A stretch of DNA of 64,000 nt from the IMG/VR virus record IMGVR_UViG_3300045988_137040; one strand, given 5' to 3'. This document shows positions 44,269 to 53,200 of the stretch, in pieces. This stretch comes from a virus. Every line of letters starts with the position of its first letter. The first letter of the stretch is position 1. Made by a program: the position numbers and the translations under genes. The notes below the pieces were generated by a model that did no database searches, was not told the origin of the DNA, and worked only from the letters and a program-made list of their open reading frames with translations.

Positions 44269-44883
44269 CTAAAAGATTCTCCACGTGCATCCCACGCCCA
44301 CCCACACGTCGGGCTTCCTCGTGAAGACCCCATACCCGAAGCCACCCGTCAGCCCCACGTTGAAGCGCCTGTTCTTCACTCTCCCCTCTACGCTCTTCGT
44401 TACGACCACCGTCTTCCGATACACCTCAATGCTGTCCAGCCTCGGCTCATATCCGCTCACCCACGCCGTGTAAGTGCTGTCCCCGTATCGCTTCTGCGTC
44501 CGTGGGACAACAGCCCATACCGTGTCCTTCCGTGCGAACTTACCTATTTCCTGCGCCTTTGAGTCACCGTCATTGCCCGTATGTCCGTCCATGACCTCAG
44601 ACAGGCGGCCCGGCTCAAAGACCTCTATCTCTGCCTTGGGAACGGTCGGTTCTGTGGGGAGTGCCACCGGCACCCGTATCACCCCTGTCACCACGCTATC
44701 CTTGGCCATCGGCATCGTCTGCCTCACAGTGTCCCTTATCGTCACCGTGTCCACGGTCACCATTCCCTTGCCGTCGCGCGAATGGTAGTTGCAGTGGTTA
44801 GCCAGCCCAGCCCCAAGGCAGAAGCCAGCGAACGCCACCGCCGCCATCACCCCGACAATATTGTCTTTCTCTTTCTTGTTCAT
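44269..44883 (-). CDS. N-terminally anchored protein (204 aa), possible spanin-like or lysis accessory
   Basis: Single N-terminal TM (VGVMAAVAFAGFCLGAGL). Lies directly downstream of the endolysin. Confidence 0.5.
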   Translation of the reverse strand: MNKKEKDNIVGVMAAVAFAGFCLGAGLANHCNYHSRDGKGMVTVDTVTIRDTVRQTMPMAKDSVVTGVIRVPVALPTEPTVPKAEIEVFEPGRLSEVMDGHTGNDGDSKAQEIGKFARKDTVWAVVPRTQKRYGDSTYTAWVSGYEPRLDSIEVYRKTVVVTKSVEGRVKNRRFNVGLTGGFGYGVFTRKPDVWVGVGCTWRIF

Positions 44884-44913
44884 GTCTATCTTGTCTATAA
44901 AAGTTTACTTTCT

Positions 44914-45453
44914 CTAAACCTCCGATATGCAGCTGTTCGCCTTCTTCAGCCACGCCAAGCGGTCGGCCATGCCGTTCGTGCCGCCGTTGATCCGCTTGGT
45001 GAGAGCCGTATAAGCGTCTTTGTCGGCGTAGATGTTCAAGTTGTTCCGCCGCCAGAACCACAGCGCCGACAGTATCGCGTATTTCGGCCGCTCCAGCAGC
45101 TCCGGGTGGTTCACGCAGTCAATCTTCAAATCCTTGGCCAGAGCCGTATAGTTCGCTTTCCCCGTGATTTGTATGTACCCACGACCCTTGTACCGTTGAC
45201 CGTCTCCGTCCTTCTCAGGCGTGTTGCCGAGCATCCTCGCCTTTCGCCCCGTGTCATAGGCAGCTCCTGAGCCTATCTCCTTCGTGTACGTCAACCCCGC
45301 GCTCTCGTGCCCAATCTGCGCCAAGAAGTATCTCAATCTCCTCACCGTGTCGAATCCATATTCCGCCATCAACGGGTTCATGGTTCTCACTATCTCGAAT
45401 ATCTGCCTTTCCTTTCCTTTCCCGAAAAGGCTAACTAATTCACTTGCCAGCAT
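44914..45453 (-). CDS. GH19-type endolysin (chitinase class I-like lysozyme)
   Basis: YKGRGYIQITGKANY...SALWFWRRNNL...INGGTNGMADR is the GH19 catalytic signature. Confidence 0.8.
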   Translation of the reverse strand: MLASELVSLFGKGKERQIFEIVRTMNPLMAEYGFDTVRRLRYFLAQIGHESAGLTYTKEIGSGAAYDTGRKARMLGNTPEKDGDGQRYKGRGYIQITGKANYTALAKDLKIDCVNHPELLERPKYAILSALWFWRRNNLNIYADKDAYTALTKRINGGTNGMADRLAWLKKANSCISEV

Positions 45454-45522
45454 CTTTTCTGCCTCCTGTTTTTTTATGTTATCGTTGTTATTGTCATTGC
45501 CTATTCAGCCAGTCAGGTCTAT

Positions 45523-46212
45523 TCAGCCCACCAAGCTATCCTTGCCGCCGTGTTCGCCGTCACCCTCGGCGGGACCTGTGTTCCCCTCGCTGGAGCTTGC
45601 GTCAAAGTCAATCATCTCCGGGTAGCCTGTGGTGTAGTCATAGTCGCACACCTCCTCCACGGTCGTCAGCTTCTCCACCGCTTGCAGGTGCTTCTCCGTC
45701 GCGTTCTGACATTCTGAGGCATACTGCTCAATCTTGGCCAGCATATCCCTGTAGGTCTCTATCGGCATCGTGTATTCCGTGCCGTCCCACATCTTCGTCA
45801 TCGTCTTCTCCCCGTTGTGCTCGTAAGCGTCCAGCGCGATGGTCACCGCCAGCCTCTCTTGCAGCGTCAGCCACATCCGCTTGCCGCCCAGCTTAAAGCC
45901 GTTCACCTCCGCGGAGTTGTTGTAGGCGTTTATCTCGGCCACCTTGCCGGCAATAGCGTCGGAGAGCGTAGGCACGAGATGGGGCGGCTCTGGCGTCTCC
46001 TCCGTACCCGGTGAAGAGCCTTCGCCAACATGCTCAGCGGCGTGCTCCTTCACGTATGCCTCATATTCGTCACGGCATACTTCCGTGTAGTTCTCCGCCT
46101 TGTCGTAACGTCCGAGGACAACAGTTTCCGAAAAGCTGTCACCGTTCCTCAGCATCATGCCCTCCGAGGCCGAAAGCACCGTCAGGCCGTTTATCTTCTT
46201 TGTTTCTTCCAT
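45523..46212 (-). CDS. fibre-associated chaperone-like protein (229 aa), paralogue of 49743..50180
   Basis: The C-terminal ~115 aa are near-identical to 49743..50180. It lies immediately downstream of a fibre gene. Confidence 0.6.
   Translation of the reverse strand: MEETKKINGLTVLSASEGMMLRNGDSFSETVVLGRYDKAENYTEVCRDEYEAYVKEHAAEHVGEGSSPGTEETPEPPHLVPTLSDAIAGKVAEINAYNNSAEVNGFKLGGKRMWLTLQERLAVTIALDAYEHNGEKTMTKMWDGTEYTMPIETYRDMLAKIEQYASECQNATEKHLQAVEKLTTVEEVCDYDYTTGYPEMIDFDASSSEGNTGPAEGDGEHGGKDSLVG
45589..45669. repeat. 81-bp perfect repeat, copy 1, within paralogous chaperone-like genes
   Basis: Identical to 49767-49847. High similarity continues for about 250 bp more. Confidence 0.85.
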
Positions 46213-46236
46213 AATGTTGTTTTTTAATCATTCCGT

Positions 46237-48597
46237 TTATTCAAACTGCACCGTCCAGCCCTTGTCCGTAGCTATCTTCAGGTCGTCGTCCGATATGGAG
46301 TCTGAACCCTTGCCGCCAAGGCTCACCGGCTTGTTGTTAACGCCGAGAGTCAGCGTCTTGGCCTCCGTCACCATCTCCAAACCGTTGATGACGACCATGC
46401 AGCTGTCACGGGTCATGCGGCTTGACACTGCCCTGAAGTCGTTACGTATGCCCCTCAGCGTACCTGTAAGCTCCCTGGGGTTAGTTCCCCACTCGAAGAG
46501 GTCGATACTGTCGCACGGCGAAAAGTCTATAAGTCCTATCCTCAGCGTCTTGAGCCGGTTTAAGCCAGTGAAACATCCACCCCAGTCATTGCATTTCGTG
46601 ATATTGCAGCTGCTGAGGTCTATTTCCCGAAGGCTCGCGCAGTCTCGGAAGCATAATCTCATATTCGTCACGTTTCCTAACGTCCACTTGCTCGTATCAA
46701 GAGTCAGAAGAGAGCTGCATGCGAAGAAGCATTCAAACATATTCGTCACGTTCGCAAGCGTCCATTTGCTCGTGTCGAGAGACTGAAGTTTCTCGCACTT
46801 ACCGAGGCATCTTGACATATTCGTCACGTTCGCAAGCGTCCACTTGCTCGTGTCAAGAGTCAGAAGATTCGCGCAGCCATTGAAGCAACTTTCCATATTC
46901 GTCACGTTTCCTAACGTCCACTTGCTCGTGTCAAGAGACATAAGATTCGCGCAGCCATTGAAGCAACTTTCCATATTCGTCACGTTTCCTAACGTCCACT
47001 TGCTCGTGTCAAGAGACATAAGAAGTCTGCAATCGTAGAAGCATCGAAGCATATTCGTCACGTTCGCAAGCATCATATTTTCGGGGAGCGTGAGCGTCTT
47101 GAGGCCCGAAGCATAATATAAGAAATAAGTCATATCAGTAGCTGCCTCGAAGTCCCAGCCGCTGAGGTCAAGACTTCTGATTAATATGTTTCTGCGATAA
47201 CCTATCACCATGCAATTCCCTTCTCCCGGCATGATGCTCCGCTTCCCTGCGTAATAGACAGCAGCTGCGTTCGGACCAAGCTGTTCCGTGTTCGGCATGC
47301 TCTTGACATTTCCATCATTAGCGTCGAGATACACGAACTCGTCCGTGCCCTTGATGGTGTTCTTTATCGCCTCCACAAGCTTGACATCCACCTCGAGGTG
47401 GTTGTCCTTGATATACTGCAACAGCTCTTCGAGATGCGCCGCCTTCTCCGTGAATCCCTGCTCCCTTTCGCCCTCAGCCGTCACCCTTTCGCCCTCAGCC
47501 GTCACCCTTTCGCCCTCAGCTGTCACCCTTTCGCCCTCTGCTGTCACCCTTGCGTTCTCTGCTGTTACACGGGCGTTCTCGGCTATTACGCGTCCCTGCT
47601 CGGCAGCCAATCTTTGCCCCTCGCTGTTCTCGCGCACCTGTTCGGCTTGCACTCTCTCCGCCTCACTGCTTGCGCGTGTCTTCTCGGCTTCCTGCCTTGC
47701 CTCTTCCGCCTCAGTTCTCGCGTTTTCAGCCGTCACCCTTTCGCTCTCTGCCGTCGCCCTTGCGTTCTCAGCGTCAGCCCTCGCGTCCTCTGCCGTAACA
47801 CGGGCGTTTTCAGCCGTCACCCTTGCGTTCTCTGCGTCAGCCCTCGCGCCCTCTGCCGTAACACGGACGTTTTCTGTCTCTACGCGTCCCTGCTCTGCCG
47901 TCACCCTTGTGTTTTCTGCGTCAACCCTTGCGCTCTCAGCCGTCACACGGACGGCTTCTGCCTCTACGCGAGCGTTCTCGGCGTCAGCCCTCGCGTTCTC
48001 GGCTGACTCGCGCACCTGTTCTGCTTGCACTCTTTCCGCCTCAGTGCTTGCGCGTGTAAGCTCAGCTTGCACCCTTGCCTCTTCGCTCTTCGCCCTTAGT
48101 TCTTCACTTTTTACCCTTCCCTCTTCACTCGCCTTTATCGTGTCGCTCAGCTCGCTCATCACCTTATTCTGCGCCTGCGCCTCCTTTACCAGCGCTTCCA
48201 GCTCCCTGTCAGGCGGCAGCACCACCACAGCCGTGTCCATCTCCACCGAGTTCTCGCCCTCGTCGGTCTCGCCCAGTTCCGTGTCGGCGTCAGCGTTCCT
48301 GTCAACGATAGCCACCTGCTCATACTCGTTGCTACGCCAATCATTCCCGAATATCTTTCCGCGCACCTCCAGCGCGTAAGTGCCCAGTGGTATCCGGTCT
48401 CCCTCGACCCTCGCCACAATCACGTTGTCCTCTTTCGCGTCAATTGTGTGAGCCAGCTCCAGCCGCCTGTACGCCGAGCACAACCTCACCACGATGTCGG
48501 TACAGCCCGGCAACGGGAACGCCACCTTCTCGCCCTCAACTATCTTCACCACGGGTATCCTCATTGTGAAGTCATTACCTCTCACTATCCTTTTCAT
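46237..48597 (-). CDS. tail fibre / receptor-binding protein with a heptad-repeat stalk and BspA-type leucine-rich repeats
   Basis: About 35 heptads of the AE(N/D)ARVT type, then about 7 repeats of 26 aa (LDTSKWTLGNVTNMESCFNGCANLMS) typical of BspA-like LRRs. Confidence 0.75.
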   Translation of the reverse strand: MKRIVRGNDFTMRIPVVKIVEGEKVAFPLPGCTDIVVRLCSAYRRLELAHTIDAKEDNVIVARVEGDRIPLGTYALEVRGKIFGNDWRSNEYEQVAIVDRNADADTELGETDEGENSVEMDTAVVVLPPDRELEALVKEAQAQNKVMSELSDTIKASEEGRVKSEELRAKSEEARVQAELTRASTEAERVQAEQVRESAENARADAENARVEAEAVRVTAESARVDAENTRVTAEQGRVETENVRVTAEGARADAENARVTAENARVTAEDARADAENARATAESERVTAENARTEAEEARQEAEKTRASSEAERVQAEQVRENSEGQRLAAEQGRVIAENARVTAENARVTAEGERVTAEGERVTAEGERVTAEGEREQGFTEKAAHLEELLQYIKDNHLEVDVKLVEAIKNTIKGTDEFVYLDANDGNVKSMPNTEQLGPNAAAVYYAGKRSIMPGEGNCMVIGYRRNILIRSLDLSGWDFEAATDMTYFLYYASGLKTLTLPENMMLANVTNMLRCFYDCRLLMSLDTSKWTLGNVTNMESCFNGCANLMSLDTSKWTLGNVTNMESCFNGCANLLTLDTSKWTLANVTNMSRCLGKCEKLQSLDTSKWTLANVTNMFECFFACSSLLTLDTSKWTLGNVTNMRLCFRDCASLREIDLSSCNITKCNDWGGCFTGLNRLKTLRIGLIDFSPCDSIDLFEWGTNPRELTGTLRGIRNDFRAVSSRMTRDSCMVVINGLEMVTEAKTLTLGVNNKPVSLGGKGSDSISDDDLKIATDKGWTVQFE
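46864..47019. repeat. perfect 78-bp tandem duplication inside the LRR fibre gene
   Basis: 46864-46941 equals 46942-47019 at 78/78 nt by my count. This is one 26-aa LRR unit. Diverged units flank it from about 46560 to 47100. Confidence 0.85.
47464..47547. repeat. 21-bp tandem repeats (heptad GERVTAE) at the end of a ~640-bp heptad-coding tract
   Basis: CCTTTCGCCCTCAGCCGTCAC repeated 4 times with 0-2 changes. Degenerate 21-mers continue to about 48100. Confidence 0.85.
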
Positions 48598-48655
48598 GTA
48601 CTGTTTCCTTATTAAGCCTATTGTTTACCTACATTGATTCCTCACTCTCCCATCT

Positions 48656-49264
48656 TCACTCGTCACTTTTCCTTCCCTCTTCACTCTCCGCCTTCCTGAA
48701 CGCCTCGTTCACGGCCTCGCCCATGGCTGGGTCTTTCTGCCTTGCCAACGCCACGGCGAAACCCTTGCCAAAAGCCATCAGATACCCCTTGATGGTGCGC
48801 TTCTCTATCCTCACGTTGTGTATGTAGAGGAAGTGGCCACCTATGGAGCTTATCTCGCACAGGCAGGCTATCACGCCGCCGACCCACGCGCCGAAGATGT
48901 AGTTTATGCCCACGAGCGGCAGAAAGCCAGCGCCTATCGCTTCAGCCACCATCATCAGCATGAGGTAGTCGATAAACTTGTTCAGGCTACGCCGCCACGC
49001 CCGCGAGCGGTGGAACTTATACACCTCCGCCAGCACCTTGTCACCTTGCTTTAACGCCTTGTCGCGCCTTAGCCTGCTCTCCTTGCAGCCGAAGCGGAAG
49101 TCGAGCATACATAGCAAGCCTATCGCTATCCAAATCCACTTAGAGTCCGCCAGCATCTGCGTTATCTCCGAGGAGAACAACGTCATGCCGAATGCTCTTA
49201 CCCCTGTATGCACGCTGTTCCCCGTAAGAAAACTTGTCTGTAATACCGAGCTGCCCATCGTCAT
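48656..49264 (-). CDS. membrane protein, holin-like (202 aa)
   Basis: Several TM helices. WIWIAIGLLCMLDFRFGCK...KFIDYLMLMMV resembles the phage holin 4_1 D-F-x-x-G pattern (memory-based). Confidence 0.45.
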   Translation of the reverse strand: MTMGSSVLQTSFLTGNSVHTGVRAFGMTLFSSEITQMLADSKWIWIAIGLLCMLDFRFGCKESRLRRDKALKQGDKVLAEVYKFHRSRAWRRSLNKFIDYLMLMMVAEAIGAGFLPLVGINYIFGAWVGGVIACLCEISSIGGHFLYIHNVRIEKRTIKGYLMAFGKGFAVALARQKDPAMGEAVNEAFRKAESEEGRKSDE

Positions 49265-49352
49265 ACCTTACTTGTTATTGTCGTTATCGTTCTTTTCGTT
49301 CTCACGATTCTATATTCTTCACTCTTCGTTCTTCACTCTAAGGGGGAGGGGT

Positions 49353-49649
49353 CTACATCATCCACAACCCGCAACCAATCACGCCGCCAATGCACATGAA
49401 AGCCCAGTCCAGCGCGTCGCTCTCACCCTCATAGGTCTGGTCGGCGACCTCCTTCAAGATGCCCACCACCACTGTCACCATCAAGGCGAAGCCAGCGCAC
49501 GTCCAGCGTCCCTCGCCAGCCACGCCCTGCATCAGCATGGCCGTGAAGAAGGCTATCACCAAGCCAGCCAATAAGTGCAAGTACCTGTCAGCCCCTGCCT
49601 TTGCCAGCCACTCACCAATACTCTTAAACACATTGTAAACCTTTTTCAT
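49353..49649 (-). CDS. small membrane protein (98 aa, about 3 TM)
   Basis: Hydrophobic helices. Lies adjacent to the holin-like gene. Confidence 0.5.
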   Translation of the reverse strand: MKKVYNVFKSIGEWLAKAGADRYLHLLAGLVIAFFTAMLMQGVAGEGRWTCAGFALMVTVVVGILKEVADQTYEGESDALDWAFMCIGGVIGCGLWMM

Positions 49650-49742
49650 AATTTCTTTGCCTTTAATCGTTAAACATTCATTTCCGTTCTCCTCTGCCCA
49701 ATATGCCCATCAAAGCCCAAGGGGTAGCCGCACGGCCATTCT

Positions 49743-50180
49743 TCACTCATCAAAAGAGCCCCCCTTGCTGGAGCTTGCGTCAAAGTCAATCATCTCCGGG
49801 TAGCCTGTGGTGTAGTCATAGTCGCACACCTCCTCCACGGTCGTCAGTTTCTCCACGGCTTGCAAGTGCCTCTCCGTGACGTTCTGACACTCCGAGGCGT
49901 ACTGCTCAATCCTCGCCAGCATGTCCCTGTAAGTCGCCAGTGGGAACGTGTATTCCACGCCGTCCCAAATCTTCGTCATTTCGGTCTCGCCGTTGTGCTC
50001 GTAAGCGTCCAGGGCTATCTTCACCGCCTGTCGCTCCTCCAGCGTGAGCCACATCCGCTTGCCGCCCATCTTGAAGCCGTTTACCTCCGATGAGTTGTTG
50101 TAGCCGTTAATCTCGGTTATAGTGTCGTTCTTCGCGCCTTGCAAGTAGCGCGCCTTCATTGCCTCACTGTCCCTTGCCAT
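49743..50180 (-). CDS. fibre-associated chaperone-like protein (145 aa), paralogue of 45523..46212
   Basis: Near-identical C-terminal domain, including an 81-bp perfect nucleotide identity. Lies immediately downstream of the 1642-aa gene. Confidence 0.6.
   Translation of the reverse strand: MARDSEAMKARYLQGAKNDTITEINGYNNSSEVNGFKMGGKRMWLTLEERQAVKIALDAYEHNGETEMTKIWDGVEYTFPLATYRDMLARIEQYASECQNVTERHLQAVEKLTTVEEVCDYDYTTGYPEMIDFDASSSKGGSFDE
49767..49847. repeat. 81-bp perfect repeat, copy 2
   Basis: Identical to 45589-45669. Confidence 0.85.
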
Positions 50181-50212
50181 AATCTGTCCGTTTTTATTAA
50201 GTCTATCATTGT

Positions 50213-53200
50213 CTAAAATATCAATATCTCTTCATAGCTCCCGGCGTACTCAAACTTCGAGGCCAGCAGGTCCGAGTGGGTGTTGCGCTTCATGTACGCC
50301 CTCACCGTCCTTGCCACCTTGCCGCCCTCGTAGTAGTAGAACGTCTGGTAATACAGCGTCGGCGTCGGGTCATCCACCATCTGCCGCTTTATGGGCAGCT
50401 GGCCGTCGTTAGGCTTAACGTACCAGCCGTTTGGCAAGAGGTTGCCGCCGTTTGGCCAGTTCATGCCCGAATATTCCTTGGTGAACACGCAGCCGTCATA
50501 GATGTCGTAATTCTTGCTCGCGTCCGTCGTCGGTATCTGCTTGCGGTAGATGTACCGCATGTCATTCTTCTCCCCGCTCGCCACGTATAGCCATTCGAAG
50601 CCCTTCAGCGTCGAGTTATTAATATACACCGAGCCTGTAGCATCCCTTAAATACGCCGTGTCGCTGTGTGCACGTTGTATCGAGCTTATCAAGCTCTGCA
50701 ACCCGCTCGGCCCGATGTCATACTTCTGCTTGCCGTCCGTGCCGTAAAAGGCGAGATGGGGCACGCCTGCCGCGTCGTAAAACACCGCTATTCCCGGCGT
50801 CACGCCGTCTTTTTGGAACCACACCGTCGTGTTGCCTTCTATCACCGTGTGGCCCTGTCCCCTGTCCGTCGTAGCTATCCTCGTGGCCCGCAAGCCGTCA
50901 TGGTCTATCACCGCCATCTCGTTGCCGTCGTTGTCGCGGAACTTGGTGTTGTCCGCCGTCAGCGTTATCTTCCGGTTCTCTATGTCTATCCCCGTGGCGT
51001 ACAACGCCCGCTTGTCCACCATGTCCGCGCGCTTCTCCGTCCACTCCGTCATCGTCGCGCCCACCTCAAGTTTCGGCCGGGCAATCTCTATCGCGAACTC
51101 CGTCGCCTCCCAGTAGCTCGACGCGCCGGGCTCATATCCCGACCCGGCCTTCTGGCACACGTAGTACGTGCCGCCATACAGCACCACGTCTCCCACGTTG
51201 TAGCTCGTGGATGAGTCGTAACTTCCCTGGTCCGTGCCAGGTCTCAGCAAGCGGAACAGTACGTGTAGTGGGACGTTCCCCATCGGCCTCCAATGCACCC
51301 AGTAGCGTTTCCATGCCGTCGGCGGCGTGATATGGGTGTGCAAGTCCCCATCGCCTGGATTCCACAAGAAATCTAACTTCTCATGACTGCTTTCCGTCAT
51401 GACGATTCCCGTGCTTGGATCGTAGAGATAGCATTGCAGCTCGCCGTGCGCGTAGCCGCTCGCCGCCCTCGCGTAAAACGACAGCATGCAGTCCTCGCCG
51501 ACATTCAGCCCCATGTCCGTCGTGGAGTATCGCAGGAAGTCGTATTCTTTCCAGGTAGGCTGGAGTATCGCTTTCACGCTCGCGCTCTCGTTGTTGTAGC
51601 CGCCTTGCTTCACGGTCGTCTCGTCCAGCACCTCCACGTTTCCCGTCTTCGTCAGCGTGCCCGTGCCGTCCAGCAGGTTACCGCCCACGTAGTCATAGTC
51701 CTGTTCCGAGAGCGTCCAGCCATTATACTCCTCGCCTTCCTCCAACATAGGCTTGCAGATATAACCGTCAACGAAAAAGTCGTTCTGCACCCCCCTTGCG
51801 AAGATATTTATCTCTTCATGCTCATACTTAGCTTTAGATGGAACAGAAACCTTCACGGTAAACAATTCCCACTTATTGGCTTCTGATACAGAAAAAGTCG
51901 TGCTATGGCCTGTAGGACCATCATATTTAGCAGGGCGAGAAGTGTCTATCTTGGAACCTTGGTATAGAACTTCCGCAATGAAATAAATATCATTTGGTGT
52001 AGGCGTCTTGGCATAGAACGAGAGAACATAGTTCTTCCCCTTCTCCAACTTGATGTTGCCTTGTGGCGAAATACCATTCCAGCTAAAACCAGACAAGTGA
52101 TAACTGTCCGTTCCTGTCCGTTTAGTGCGGCAATGGATGCAATTAACGCCATCAATGCCACTGTTTATCTCTATCTGTTCTAACGGATAGCCATCATAAT
52201 ACTGCGTCTCCGAACCGCTCATGTACGTAAATCCGTCCCCGTATTTACGGCACGCGCTTCCCACAAGCATATTTCTTCTGCCCACTGACTTCTCGCTCAC
52301 CTTCAGGCTTATCTCTTTGGCCGTCTGCAATATCTCGCTCTTATACTCTTTCAAGTCCGTTACCGTGCCGTTGTTTGTCAAAATCGAGTATTGCGATTGC
52401 AGCTTCTTGTTGTCGGCTTTCAAGCCTCCCGTGTACCTCGCCACGTTCACCGCGAACGGCACCGTCTTTACATACGTAGTCTTCGTCGTCGGGTCCGTGA
52501 CGCTCACCGTCACGCTTCCGCTCGTGCAGCTCACCTCTACCGTCTGGCCGTCCACGGTCACGCTCTGCTTATCCACGCGGGTTATCGCCACCACGTGAGT
52601 GTTAGTATTCACCGTTGCTTCGCAGTTCACGCACGAGCCCTTCTTGTAGGTCACGCCGCTCACCTCCTTGCCGTCCCTCAGGCACATCAGCGAAGCATAG
52701 GCGTTATCCAGTCCAGTGGCCAGCCCGTTGTCGTCGGTGTCTATCACTATCGTCTCAGGGTCGCACAATATCTCGAAAGCACCGATGCCGTCGGCACCGT
52801 TTATTTTCACGGGCGTAGACCACGGCAATACGCACTTGCCGCCGCTCACCTTGGCCTGGCTCATCCACACCGTGTCCGAGACCGCCACCTCGTTGTCGGA
52901 GAGGTCGAGGCGGAAAAGGCCGTAGTCACCGTTGTCATCCCCCGAGATGTCCTTAGCGTAGGTCACGCAGATGAAGTGCCGGCCCGCCTTGGCCACGGTG
53001 AACGAGTACGCCTGCTCCACACCGTTGCCCGATGCTTGGGCAAGTCCCTGCCCGCGGAAGGAGGTGCCAGTGGAGGGCGCGGTGTCCAGCGCCCACACCT
53101 CCACAAGGTCGTAGTTCTGCTCCGAGTAGGCCTTTATCTCCACGTCCACCGTGGTATTGTCGTATTGCGTGATGAACGACACCTTCATCATTGCGTAGCC

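Noticed and set aside
47288-48379. 363-aa plus-strand Ser/Ala-rich ORF, and 47398..48006
   Set aside because: These are products of the 21-bp repeat periodicity on the opposite strand of the fibre gene.
46237-48597. Diversity-generating retroelement targeting the fibre
   Set aside because: No reverse transcriptase ORF and no template-repeat/variable-repeat pair with adenine-specific differences is visible in the window. The variation looks like repeat-number change instead.
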